Counted from the first letter of the stretch, positions 37,180 through 51,080 are shown. The stretch is DNA of 64,000 nucleotides from Chiloscyllium plagiosum (GCF_004010195.1 NC_057735.1:7437237-7501236); one strand, 5' to 3'. Notes: generated from the letters alone by a model not told the origin. Numbers and translations are program-made.

Positions 37180-37485
37180 CATTGATAGGATAAATAGACA
37201 GTCTTTTCCCTGGGGTGGGGGAGTTCAGAACTAGAGGGCATAGGTTTAGGGTGAGAGGGGAAAGATATAAAAGGGACCTAAGGGGCAGCTTTTTCACGTA
37301 GAGGGTGGTACGTGTATGGAATGAGCTGACAGAGGAAGTGGTGGAGGCTGGTACAATTGCAACATTTAAAAGGCATTTGGATGGGTATATGAATAGGAAG
37401 GGTTTGGAGGGATATGGGCCGGGTGCTGGCAGATGGGACTAGATTGGGTACATGCTGTACATCTCTACAACTCTATGACTCTATG
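37180..37485 (+). mobile_element. CR1/HER1 LINE 3' end
   Basis: agaactagagggcataggtttagggtgagagggg...tggaatgagctg...; (ctctatga)-type tail. Related copies at 39960-40160 (-), 40990-41420 (+), 42835-43500 (+). Confidence 0.85.
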
Positions 37486-38418
37486 AACAGCAGATACTGT
37501 GATATATGCTTTGCAAATCAGGTTGTTCAACACTTGTAATTCTTGATAGAATAATACCACACAGTGTTCCACATTTTATTAGTGAAAGTTCCAAATTATG
37601 AGAATATGGGGTTAACTAGCTAACTAGTTTACCATGCTAACTGTAAAGTAACACTAAAGCTGTGGGTCTCTAGTCACACACAGCCAGACCAGATGTGGTA
37701 GACCAGTTCTGAAGAATGTTCACTCAACTTGATTTCTCTCTGATAGATGCTCCAGCTTAGATTCTCCAGCACTTTGTTTTTATGTCAGGTAAGGCAAGTA
37801 GATGTTGTTCACTAAAGGACATTTGTCAGCCAGCTGTGTAATAGCTTCATGGTCACTGTTAGCCCAGTTTTTAATTCCTCATTTATTAATGTAGCAAACC
37901 TTCTTGATCAATTACAATTCAACTCTCCCAGCTGCCATGGTAGAATTTGAAAGCATGTTCCCAGCACATTGTTGTTGACCTCTGTATTACTAGTATGATG
38001 ATATTAACTCTATACCATCACCTCTCCAGTATAAAAGCACCAGAATAATACAAGGTTTAAATGATTAGGTCCTGAGAAAAGACTGAACAAATTACATCTT
38101 AGTGCCTTGAATTTTGAAGTTGCATGATTGAAGAATTGATAGTTTTTAAGGAATTGTGTGTGGTAGGTCCAGAGGAACTGATTGTTCGGTGAAATTGAGC
38201 ATAGGTTCAGGTATCATCTAAAAATGGGAGGTACAATATTTTAGAGTGAAACTAGGAAGCTTTCTTTCACACACATGAATAATATAAATCTGGAATGGAC
38301 CCAGCTTAAACCTGTGAATAGAGGATGAATTAAAATTACAATTTCTGAGATCACAAGGGATTGGGTAAGGCTATGGTCAGTGACTGGAAAAATATTAGGT
38401 TTAGATACTTCATAAGCA

Positions 38419-38617
38419 GGAGAAAGTGAGGACTGTAGATGCTGTAGATCAGAGCTGAAAATGTGTTGCTGGAAAAGCGCAGCAGGTCAGGCAGCATCCA
38501 GGGAACAAGAGAATCGACGTTTCGGGATTCCTGAAGAAGGGCCTATGCCCGAAACGTTGATTCTCCTGTTCCCTGGATGCTGCCTGACCTGCTGCGCTTT
38601 TCCAGCGACACATTTTC
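38419..38617. mobile_element. Palindromic Penelope pseudo-LTR insertion (family A)
   Basis: TSD atacttcataa(g/a)ca (38405-38418, 38618-38631); inverted arms; CTGAAGA-A-GGGC-ctat-GCCC-GAAACGTT at 38531. Confidence 0.85.
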
Positions 38618-39744
38618 ATACTTCATAAACAACCTGCTTAGAGACATTATTACATACCTCTGGAGCAGGTGGGACTTAAACCAAGTCCTCCTGGTGTAGG
38701 GATAGGGACCCCACCACTACATCATAAGGGCCCAAAATGTTAGCCTCATTTGATCTAATTAAGTGCTGCAACCGTTTCAGAGGATTGATGTGTTATTCGG
38801 GCTCTGGATGGTATAGGAAATTCACCGCAACCAATCCTTCTCAAGGGCTTGACTAATTGTCACTGCTAGAGAATAGACCATGACTGGTTGTTAACAGAGA
38901 GACACTGGCATTAGTTAACAAGATAGTTTGTAGCATAATAATTTGTGAAGATGACATGAACTTGTCAGGCGTAATTACCGAGGACTCTCAGGAGTTGCAC
39001 AGAATATATCTCTCCACTCAAGGACTCAAGCAGAAGTTAACCATTTCTGCCCATAGATTGTGACACCGCCAGATTAGATGGAGCATCATACTACTTTAAT
39101 ATTAACTCCTTCAGAACTATAATCTAATACAACAGTTGATTGAGTTGTTCCTTTCGCTACATTCTTATATAGTCCACCCATTATATAACTCTCCCTTTCT
39201 TTAATCAATACTATAATACAGTTTTTTTAAAAAGTAGAAAAGAAAAGGAAATTCAGAAGGTTAAAAAAAAAGAAAAGGGTGAAGGAAAACTGATTTTGGA
39301 CAATACAGGACGTCTTAAAATTACAGTTTTTCCAGATTCAAAAGATAAGTGCTACCATTAAAAATGGCCACCATGATCCAGTCACACCCCTGACATCACA
39401 ATATTAGTGGGAATAGGAAAGAATTGCTTCTTAGTCAAGTTCTGAATAGAGCACTTAATTGGAACTGAGATCATTGTGGAAAGCCCTTACACTCATTTTC
39501 AGAAGTGTGTTTCTGATTGATTGCTCTATTGTGGTCAAAGATTGCTGCTGAGAAGGAAGTCTTCAATCTTGTAATACAGGATATGATCTGGGAAAACTTA
39601 GGTAGATGTGCCACAACCAATCCATTATGCTGGAATTAATCTGAGCCACTGATACCATGTGGGGAAAGATGCCCTTCAGACGTCCCTGGCAGAAGACAAG
39701 CTCAATCTTGATGAACAGTAAATAGGGTTATGACATGGAGGTGC

Positions 39745-39958
39745 TGTGTTGGACTGGGGTGTATAAAATTAAAAATCACACAACACCAGGTTATAGTCCA
39801 ACAGGTTTAATTGGAAGCACTAGCTTTCGAAGCGCTGCTCCTTCATCAACCACCTGATGAAGGAACAGTGCTCCAAAAGCTAGTGCTTCCAATTAAACCT
39901 GTTGGACTATAACCTGGTGTTGTGTGATTTTTAATTTTATACACCCCAGTCCAACACA
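39745..39958. mobile_element. Near-perfect 214-bp palindrome, Penelope pseudo-LTR family B
   Basis: ~103-bp inverted arms centred near 39851; decayed hammerhead cores on both strands. Partial copies at 42568-42686, 44555-44652, 45246-45375. Confidence 0.85.
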
Positions 39959-41965
39959 CCTGGCCCATATCCCTCCAAACCCTTCCTATTCATATACCCA
40001 TCCAAATGCCTCTTAAATGTTGCAATTGTACCTGTCTCCACCACACCCTCTGGTAGCTCATTCCATACCTGTACCACCCTCTGTGTGAAAAAAGTTGCCC
40101 CTTAGGTCTCTTATATATCTTTCCCCTCCCACCCTAAACCTATGACCTCTAGTTCTGGAGGGTTAGTCCATGATACTTAATAGTGATTGGATTAAATCTA
40201 AGCTACATGATTATTTCTTGTGAAACTTCTTTAGTTGCATGTTGTATATTGTTGTGGCAGAGGTGAACCCCTCTGTTAATTAAACCACACATTCAGAAAA
40301 GCTCACTTCACAATCAGTCAAAATGAGTGACAGAACTTCCACATTCCACTATTTAAATAAATGAACATTAATTTATTTTTTAACTCTAAAAGTGAACACT
40401 AAACAACTATTCACAACTCTAAGCCCTCCTTTCTCTTAACTGCTTATTATCTGTCTCCAACTCAATAACAATATGCTATTCTGATAAGACACTTACTAAA
40501 ATTACATCAACTTAATTTCAAAACTTCAAAACTGCTGTCTTTCTCTGTATCTTTGCTCTTCCAGCTGTTGATTTCCCTGGGTTGTCTTACTTCTTTTTAC
40601 TGTGAGTATGGTTCATATGAAAATGAGCAATTAACTCTCTCCAGCAGTTGCTCTCTGACCAATTTTCAAAACATTTGCATTTTATACTCCCCCAACATCG
40701 GATCATCTCATTGGTTCAATGTTGGCAAAACAATAAATTCAAACATGGTTGCATTTTAGTATCCTGGGGCATAATTTAAACTGACTGGTTAAATTCGAAT
40801 TGCTGTCAAAAAAGCATCCAGAACTCAGATATCCATTTCACAGCCAAATGTTACATATTTTCAATTTCCCAGTACACTCTGGGACTGCCATCCAGTTGTA
40901 CACACAGATGCTTGTTTGCTCTCAGTTCAGAACAGCATTCACACTCTCTAAAAGGTTCAGTACACACCTTCAACTTGATAAAAATATAGCTTCGGCCTTT
41001 ACTCACTGGAGTTCAGAAGAATGAGGAGGGGGAATCTGGCTGAGGTTTTTAAAATGCTAAAGGGAACTGATAAGATGGACATTGAACAAATGTTCCCCCT
41101 TGTGGGACATCCTCAAACAAGAGGTCATAGATTTAAAGTGAGATGGGGGAGGTCCAAAATTGGGATGAGGAGAAACTATTTCTCTCAGAGGGTTGTGAAT
41201 CTGTGAAACTCACTGCCCCAGAGTGCAGTGGAGGCAGAATCAGTCAATGGATTCAGGGAAAAAACAGACATGTTTCTGATGAAAAGCAGGGTAAAGATAT
41301 ATGGGGAGCAGGCAGGAAAGTGGGGTTGAGACCTGGATAAGATCATCCATGATCATGTTAAATGGGGGAACAGGCTTGAAGGGCTGAATTGCTGATTCAT
41401 GTTCCTAACTCCTAGGTTCTTACATCCCTAAATAATAAGGGCAACAATTTGGGAATTGCTTAGAACACTCATCAGCTTCTCCCAGGAGCAGTCTTTTATA
41501 TCTTGATGGATAGACCTTATCTTTTGATAGTCGTTAACCCTTTCAGCTGCCAACTCCCTTATATAGCGTTCTGAAACATTCTCAAAACATTTGTTACTTA
41601 TTGCACTGAACAACTAAAAGAGGTTTTAAACTTACACAGAATCCAAATGAAAAGTAAAATATGGCAGATGGTGTGATCCCATGAGTTATATCTGACTAGG
41701 CTGTTTGGCCATGCAGTTGGACAATCCTAATTTGACAGTGTTCACTGAGACTATTTAGCCCCAACACTAACATTAAAGTCAATTTGGTACTGTCCTGACT
41801 AGATGCGGACACAACTAGGTTGCGTTATTCATTTCCTACAATAAGGTGAGAGTAGGAGGTGATTTAATGATGTACTTTTCAACAATAAACTGTGGACTTA
41901 GTCCTGAAAACATTTAAAATGTTTTCAGAGACCAAATGCCGATCTAATGTTATGCATAAAGGGAT

Positions 41966-41985
41966 AGTGCGCCATCTAGTGGCAG
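41966..41985 (-). promoter_or_regulatory. CTCF-binding motif
   Basis: Minus strand contains GCCACTAGATGGCGCACT, matching the CTCF core CCAC(C/T)AG(A/G)(T/G)GGCGC; in non-repeat-looking sequence. Confidence 0.6.
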
Positions 41986-44900
41986 TGTTGGCCTCAAATG
42001 CAGCCATTCAAGAGAAGGACAATTGACATTTCTTTTACCCAGCAAACATGCAATGGATGATGAGGAGGAAGGAGTTTAAACCAAACACAGCTCCATTGTT
42101 ACCATTCCCAGTATTCTGATCAAAATTGACACAATAATTAATGCAGTGAATCTGATTACCTTAAATATTTTCTTTTTCAGTTCCTCACGGAATAAGACAA
42201 TCATAGCTTGTCAAATATGGTAAAGTGAAGATTCACAGGTTATATCTACATGTTGGTTGTTTCACATCCTGAAGAAATATTCATTATTGATCAATTTCCA
42301 TAATTGGACATTTCTTTTCACAATTCTGCACAATAAATGCAATCTTGTTATTAATTTGATGATTCTGGGGAGGAAGAATAAAAATATCAATTGTTCGCTG
42401 CAACCTTCACATTGTCTCTCTACATTTGGGTAAATGACTAGATGTTGCACAATTAAACTCATTATTCCATGCTTATCTGCAATTATTTTGTTAGCATTGA
42501 TTCTTGCAATGATCTTAGTGTTATTGCTATTGCCTTGATCTGGAGATCTGTTTCAATCTGTTATGATGTGGAGGTGTCAGTGTTGGTTTGGGGTGGACAA
42601 AGTTAAAAATCATACAACACCAGGTTAAAATCCAATAGATTTATTTGAAACTACAAGTTTCCGAGATGCTGCTCCTTCATCAGGTACCCACCAGAATGTG
42701 ACAGTCATGGAGATTGGTCATAACATGAATAAATAGATGGGTTTTGGTATAGTGGTAGTGTTCTTACCTATGGACTAGGAGACTCAGTATTCAGTCCTAT
42801 CTGCTCCAGAGATCTGTAGTAATACGCAAAGACTCTTGATCAGATAGCCCAATGGACTGAGGAGTGGCAGATGGAGTTTAATGTAGGGAAATGTAAGCTG
42901 CTGCATTTTGGAAAGGCAAATCAGAGCAGGACTTATATGCTTAATGATAAGGTCCTAGGGAGTGTGCTGAACAAAGAGACCTTGGAGTGATGGTTCGTAG
43001 TTCCTTGAAAGTGAAGTCACAGGTTGATAGGATAATGAAGAAGGCATTTAGTATGCCTTCCTTTATTGGTCAATTTTATTGGCCCGAAACGTCAATTTTA
43101 CTGCTCCTCGGATGCTGCCTGAACTGCTGTGCTTTTCCAGCACCACGAATCCAGAATCTGGTTTCCAGCATCTGTTGTCATTGTTTTTACCTTATTAGAC
43201 AAGGTATTTTTCCCTGGGGTGGGGGAGTCCAGAACTAGAGGACATAGGTTTAGGGTGAGAGGATAAACATTTAAAAGGGACTTTTTTCATGCAGATGGTT
43301 GTGCGTCTATGGAATGAGCTGCTGGAGCAAGTGGTGGAGAATGGTACAATTATAACAGTTAAAAGATGCTTGGATGGGTATAAGAATAAGAAGATATGGG
43401 CCAAGTTCCGGTAAATGGGACTAGATTAATTTAGAATATCTGGTTGGCATGGACAAGTTGGACCGAATGGTCTGTTTCCATGCTGTACATCTCTATGGAA
43501 CTAAGTGACCAGGAAATTGGGGTAGACCAGGGCAGTAGGTAAATTCCTCTGCCCATCTTCAAAATAATGTCATGACAGTTTTTGACATCTGAACAAACAG
43601 ATGGGAATCATAGATGCCAAAGACTGAAATGTGGCAGATTATGTAGCCAAAGAGCCTCAGTCCCTATGTCCTATGTGACAGTCTCAGTTCTATGTGACAT
43701 AGAAAAGCCAATATCATTGTAGAGAGGACTGTGCTCTGAATCTAGAAAGTTCCTTGGGATGGGAGAAGAACATCACAAAACAGAGAGAAAGGGCACATGC
43801 ATCCAGATGGCACTCAATGTGGGGAAGTAGAAATTCATCCTCTTTGGATCTGATAAGGTCAAGTCAGAATAATTGCTTAAATAAAAACATAAATTGGTGA
43901 AGAAACCCAGTGGGTCTAGCAGGATCTATGAAGAGAAAGCAGAATCAAAATGTTAACTCTGTTTCTTTCTCCACGGGTGCTGATAGACCTGCCAAGTTTC
44001 TTCAGCATTTCTGTTTTTGTTTCAGATTTGCAGCATCCGCAGTTTCTCTGGTTTTAGTTCAAAATAATTTCTTAATGTTGAGAGACTGGAATATGTGGAC
44101 AGGTAGCACAATAAGTATGCTGTACAACAATCCACACAAAAAGGAGTGTGTGAATGCAGGAAATAATTTGAGGATAATCTAATATTGGCCTTTACAGAAT
44201 TGAAATTTAAAAGTGAGAAAGTGATGTTTGAGTTGTACAAAATCTTAGTAGATTCGCTCGAGAATTCTGCATTTAGATTTGTCACAGAGACCCAGAGTGA
44301 AATACTGTCATTGAAAGGGGTGCAGTGTAAATGAATGTGCCAATGAGTGAGGAGGTCAATTGGGAAGCTAAATTGAATCAATTTGGCTCAGGTTCCCTTA
44401 AGTTTGTAAAGATCACAGTTGGATTGATTGAGCTATTTCTAACTTGTTAGGGAATTGTTTAGGTACTTATAGATAATGGAGAATTTGGTTGGAATTCTAG
44501 TACAGGGGGACACAATCTGAAAGGCTGAGTTGGTAATGCAGTACCTGTACAGGGTACACAAAGTTAAAAATCACACAACACCAAGTTATAGTCCAACAGG
44601 TTTAATTGGAAGCACATTACCTTTCGGAGTGTCTCTCCTTCATCAGGTGGTTGTCCTACAGAGGGTGCTCTTCCTGCGCATGCAGTTGTAATAGCAGTGA
44701 ATCCACAGAGAAAGTGAAGATATTACTAAAGACAACAAAAAGGCTAACAAGTGGAAACCGTGCTGGTCACATGTTTTAGTTTTTAATGGAAGCATGCGAA
44801 GCTCAGTCTGTATCCCCTAATCACCCCATCCTCCACATGGAATCATCTTTTTACTCAAATACAGCACAGAATTTCACACACAGACAAGATGGATGGCAGC

Positions 44901-47900
44901 ATGTTTCCTTCCTCACATAAATGATGTTTCAAAAACAAGTGTTAGCAATTTACATTTTAACAGCAAATTTACCAGCACACATTTTGGGAACACCTGTTAA
45001 AACATCTCTGCTATAATTCTAAAAGATCTAGTGTATTAAAGACTGATAGCCTGAAGGAGAAAGTTTGTACTAGAATGCAGAATTACATATCAACTCAACA
45101 ATTATTTTATCCGTTTTGAAGCACAGATGGTACATAAACAATAAAATTTCTGCAACCACTCAGGGCAGAAAATGACCTAAATTCCGAGGCCACTCTGCAA
45201 ATTGAATTGAAGTAAAAGATCTCATGAGATTATTTCAGAGAGCAGTGGAGCGACGCTCCTTCATCAGGTGAAGGAGTGTCGCTCCAAAAGCTAGTGCTTC
45301 CAATTAAACCTGTTGGACTATAACCTGGTGTTGTGTGATTTTTAACTTTGTACACCCCAGTCCAACACCAGCATCGCTAAATCAAGATATTCAGTTGTTG
45401 TGAAAAGTATTAGGGATTGGCAATTTTTCTATATTTTTAACTTTCAATGAAGTATTTGAATGAGCAGAAATAAAATTGAAATATGAGGAGACCTTTTAAA
45501 TATCATAAAGGCACTATCCACATAACAGATATTGGTTGCTGTATAAAACACATATTTTAAATAATTCATGAATGGAGGAATGCACACGTGAAATTGGAAA
45601 GCATTTTCCATTAACTGAGAAAGGATCTGAACTAGATTGGACAAAACTAAAATGCAAATGTGAAGCACATGATTTAGAAGCAAAATTGGAATTGGCTGGG
45701 GAGAAAGTAAAAAAAAGGAAAGCAAAGATTCAGAACCTACGCTGAAATATTAGGGACACCAGGAAAGAGAAACCGATGAATAAACAACAGACTGCAGCTG
45801 CAGCTGCGCAGGACCAGTAGGACAACAAAGACTGTGCCTTATACCCCGTCCCCTCTCCCAAATGTGCCGAGCCCCATGCCCTTCTCCCAACTGTTCAGCT
45901 GAATATGGATTCGGCTTACCACGAACCCGCTCCCCACCGCACTAGGAGTCAATTAAAATTAAAATGTGAAAGGAACACTGAAGAGACACCTTTGATTTCC
46001 ACTGCCCCTATACTAATAAATCCTGAAGACATTGATGAATCGAAATCAAAGTTTTGGGACCTTCATATCAGTCTTTGCACTCACCCTGATGTGGGAGGGC
46101 CAAAGAGAAATTTCCCAAACAGAAGAGTTCCTAACCCACAGGCCCTGAACCCAGGACAAGCCCAATTTATGGATCTTTATCAACCATGGAAACCTCATTA
46201 AATCTCAAGCATTATCAATAAGGCTCCAGATTATGGAAAGAATCCTGAGGGATTTGTTAATTAAATTATTAGGACTAGGACCATTTACAATGCTGCCTCC
46301 CAAGACTCACTTCACTTCATAGAATGCACCATTTTCCTTGAAAAATGGGCTGAGTTGTTAGAAATTTTACAATGTAATAATCATGCCCAGTCTGTAGTCT
46401 GGCACCAGGCCATACCTAACAGATCAGATTGGATTATTACCTGTCTCCGCCAAGCAGTGCATTGTGCAGTTGATGTGGGTAAAGACTTAATATGTAAACC
46501 CAGCTCAAGCGAAGGGGCTGAGGAGTTCCTTGCCCATTTTAAGGAATGCTATGGCACTTACTCAGGTGATGCTAACTCCCCACAAGGACGATCACCCCAA
46601 TTTAATGCCCTATGTATGACCATCTTACCTGATCAGATACAGAAAGCCATTAAAACCCACAACATCCATTGGCAAGACACTGAGGTTACACAATTCAGCT
46701 GAGAGGTTTGTTACTTCTGGGAACTAAAGGGTCCTAACAGGAAGGCTACCGTTGGCAAGGTCAAGAGAGAACTTGCCCAAAATACAGGGACTAAATCTAC
46801 ACCCAGGATTCAAAATAGACCTTTCTGTCCACAAGGTCAGTCAGGCTATCAAATGGAACATCAAACTGTCATCCAGTATGGCAGGACAGTAGGACTGGTA
46901 CCGTGTATTCACAACATCCCAATGGACCTTGGGGACCTCCTAAGTATCCTCCCCAATAGTCCATGATGTCCCTTACTCCCTGTACATCCTCTCACTATTT
47001 CTTCACCGCCTCCCCCACCCCAGAGTGTACCCCAACAATCACACATTTGTTTCAATTGTAATGAACCAGGACATTGGTCCAGGGACTGTCCTTTCCCAAA
47101 GCAGGCCCCAGTTGATTGCTAGAGTGGAAGCAGCTGGCAACTTCTTAGTTGTCCTCCCTAGGGACCTTGGCAGGTTTCCCCTTTTACCACATGAAACATT
47201 TTTCCATCCTTGACACCTGTGCTACAGCGGTTCTCACCCAGCAACATGGCTCCTCTTGGCACCCTGTTGCCTATTATTCCACTAAGCTTGACCCTGTTGC
47301 TCAGGGTATGCCTTCCTGCACCAAGATTCTCCCGGCCATCCATGCTATGGTATAACTTTTACATCAAAATGTAGAAGTCTGTACCTCCCATTATGCAGTA
47401 TCCTTGCTTACCTCTAAACATACTCAACACCTCACTATGGCTCATCTAATTCACTATTAGATTTTGTTACTTCAGAGTCTGCTTCTCTCCTTTAAATACC
47501 GCTCTAACATTAACCCTGCTACACTCCTGCAGGAAGAACCTCTTGAACTGCCTGATCCTCCCATGATTGTGTCCTCATAAATGGCCTTGTTACTAAACAA
47601 CATCCTGATTTTACGGATCAGACTCTTGTTAACCCAGACCTTACATTTTATGTCAATGATTCTTCTTCTATCTCTCCAGAGGGCAAACACATGTCAGGAT
47701 GTGTGATTGCCACTTTGTCCCATACAATAGAAACTTATTCCATCGACCCACCCTGTTCCGCCCAACAAGCTGAACTCCTTGCTCTCACCCATGCCTGCAT
47801 ACTTGCTGTAGGAAAGTCCACTCATATCTATACCGATTCCCGCCACGCTTTTGGATGTGCCCATGATTTTGGTCAACTCTGGCAGCAGTGCAGCTTCCTT

Positions 47901-50158
47901 GCCTCATCAGGAACCCCTATCCTCAATGCTGCCTATGTTGCTAATCTCCTCAGTACTATTCAACTTCCCTCACAATTGGCAATTATCAAATGTTCTGCTC
48001 ACTCCTCTGATGCTTCCGATGTTACTAAAGGCAACAACGCCACTGACGCGGCTGCTAAGAAAGCAGTTTTCGAGCAAGAAGACATGGTTACTCAAATGAC
48101 GAATAGTAAACCAAAGGGAGACTCTCCTATTTTCTCTTCTAACCGCGTCCCCTCACCATGCCTGACCAACAGCAAATATGAACCCATCAAGAGGATGCCT
48201 CTGATGAGGAAAGACAAAGATGGATGAACCATGGTTGTTATGTAAAGTTAGAATAAGCTTTGGGTTATGCTGGTAGGACAGATATGTCTGCACGACTCAC
48301 TTCTGCCTATTCTAGTTGATTATGTTCATACACATACGCATGTAGGTAGGGAGGGAATGGCAGAAAGAATTCTCCAAATTTGGTGGAATCCCCACCTGCA
48401 AGAGAAAGAAAAACAAGCAGCTGCAAATTGCTTAATTTGTCAAAAGCATAATCCCGGGAAAGGAGTAAAGTGTCCACCAGGTGAAACTCCCTTGCCAAGT
48501 GACCTTTTGATACTATCCAGTTAGATTTTATTGAGTTACCTAGATGTCATTGTTATAAGTATTGCTTAGTGATAATTGATGTATTTAATAAATGGATTGA
48601 AGTTTATCCCTGTGCTGACTGCACAGCAACAACTACGTGTAAAGTTCTATGAAATCCTCAGATGTGGAATTCCAGTAACGGTCTCTTCCAATAATGGGTC
48701 CCACTTCTGTGCAGAGCTAAACAAGGATCTATGTAAGAGTTTGAATATGAATCAAAAATTCCATTGTGCCAACTATCCCCAAGCAGCAGAAATTGTAGAA
48801 AAAGCCAATGGTACCTTAAAAGGTCAGCTAAGCAAGTTGGTAGAAGAAACAAGCCTTAATTGGCTGCAAGTACTCCCAATTTCCCTTTTTAATATGAGAA
48901 CCATGACACAGAAAAAGACGGGATTCTCGGCGGCTGAACTGACACACGGAAAGCCCCTGAGGACTCCCTGGTCTGCACCATCAACTGCCCAACACCCTGC
49001 TGATGTGCATGACATGGCAGAAGAGATGCACAGGTAACTGATTAAGCTAACCAAAGCATTGCAGTCTTATCATCAACAGGTCAAAGAAGCCTATCGAGTA
49101 CCAGGGAAGGAAGATGAAAGAGCTCCAACATTTAAAGACATTAACCCTGGTGAGTATGTACTTTTGAAAGACTTTAATTGTGAAAAATTGGGCCCCTGCT
49201 GGAAAGGTCCTTATCAAGTTCTTTTGACAACTGAAACTGCAGTAAAGGTAGAAGGACATTCAACATGAGTCTACAAAGGACATTGCAAGCTTGTGTCCTC
49301 CTCACAGTCCTAGTGTTCGCATCCGATGAAAACCCAACCCAAGTACATGTGCCCAAATGTAACCAACTCTCTGTGACATCTCAGACCAGCTAAAACTCCA
49401 ATGTGACTCTATAAATGAAACCTGCACTAATACCATTGGAAGTCATGAATGCAGCTGCCCAACTGAAACTCATTTAAACTACTCACATTATGTATCTAAA
49501 CTTCACTCTCAACCTTATTGTCATCCTCGCAACACTTCTATGCCAGTTATCATGAGATGGCACAATTTCATAACCTCATCCGCTCTGTCAACCGAAAACT
49601 GTTAGTTTGAAATGTTTGTCTGTTCCCCTCTCAAAATGAACTGTACAGATTGCAGTATTGAGCACATAGTACTGAAATCACCAAAACCCTAACGCACATA
49701 TTGCCATGAGACTGACTGCCTATACCTTCTCGACGGAATCCTCTCCTATCTGAGCTACCGCCTCTCATAGAAATACCTTTACACGTTTCCTGTATTCAGT
49801 AGCTGTAATTAACAAGACAAGCAGGAAAGATGAGGAAAGACCAAATATACTATGCATTCCCAATCCTCCTCCTGTTACTAATGGTTTCTTTATTCAAGCT
49901 AAACCCCCTGATCCATGTGTTATCTGCTCACTCTTCCACCATTCTGATGTACAGTGTATAAATAGGACTCACCCACTTGTGCAATCCTCATTTATGATGG
50001 AAACACCCATTCGGTAGAAGAAGCACGTCGCTGTGTGAAGTGCACTAACAAACTTAAAGGATTCAATATTAACACGGTTCCATTGTTAGAAAGATTTTCC
50101 AGTACCCATGACATGGGGCAAGTGAAACAAATACTACACAAAAATATTATCAAAGACA

Positions 50159-50959
50159 TTGGTCATACTCCTATTCTCCATCCATTACAACACTTGGACA
50201 ACCACTGTTTACAAGTTCAGCTCTCGCTTTGAGTGGACTCGTCATTCACTCACAGAAGTGCACCCTTTTAGCCTTCATTGCCTATGCGAAAACAAAGCCT
50301 ACCCATATGTACCCAATGACTGGAGTGGACATTGTGCCTTAGGACACACCTTACCACCTTTCACCCTCCACCATGAAATACCTGAGGTAGCTGATGAATG
50401 GAATGCCCACCAACATGTGAATCAGTACGGAACAAAAAATAGAGGAGAAACCAAATGGGACTTACACAACTTCTTCCATCAACAAACCTGGTGGTCCAGG
50501 TTGCTGGGAGGTCTTATTCCTGGCTGGGGTGTTGAGGTGGCACTAGATCAGATAAGTGACCTTGCGTGTGAGATCGAAAAACTTGCCAATTCAACTGCCC
50601 ACGCTTTGAAGCTGGTGATCAAAGAGTTACAGGAGATTCGGATGGTGATACTTCAGAATCAGCTAGTGCTAGATTTCCACCTTGCTAAAGAAGCAGGTGC
50701 TTGTATAGTCATTAGCGCGCAATGTTGCACCTATATCAATGATTGCTCAAAAGACACAGATGTTATCAACAAAACAGGTCAAGATGCAGGGAAGACACCT
50801 GCCCCACCATCGTCTGATTCATGTGGATGGAGTTTTACTTGCTGGCTATGGTCACTGTGCAGATGGATCGTATGGGACGCATTGATAGTCCTTGGTCTCA
50901 TCATAGGAATGTATATTATCGTCCGCTTATACATGAAATGGATTGTACATTGCTTTTAG
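50159..50959 (+). pseudogene. env: ERV env C-terminal SU plus TM (266-codon open frame)
   Basis: CLCENKAYPYVPNDWSGHCALG, fusion-peptide-like LLGGLIPGWGV, heptad repeat, ISD-like LQNQLVLDFHLAKEAGAC, CX6CC (CIVISAQCC), TM anchor ALIVLGLIIGMYIIV. Probable signal peptide at ATG 49266 is disconnected by stops. Confidence 0.9.
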
Positions 50960-50984
50960 CCTAAGCCAAAGAGGAATCTCTTTC

Positions 50985-51080
50985 TTCATTCCTGAAGAAG
51001 GGCTTATGCCCGAAACGTCGATTCTCCTGTTTCCTGGATGCTGCCTGACCTGCTGCGCTTTTCCAGCAACACATTTTCAG
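50985..51080 (+). ncRNA. Penelope family A fragment with intact minimal hammerhead ribozyme core (50992-51019)
   Basis: CTGAAGA-A-GGGC-ttat-GCCC-GAAA-CG-TC; predicted GUC cleavage triplet. Activity not shown. Confidence 0.6.

Noticed and set aside
40253-40975. Additional solo LTR candidates (also 24376-25192 and 52971-53350)
   Set aside because: LTR-like composition but no partner copy or clear TSD in the window; cannot be supported without a repeat library.
44660-45500. 5' LTR and PBS of the ERV
   Set aside because: No visible similarity to the putative 3' LTR (51262 onward) and no clear PBS.
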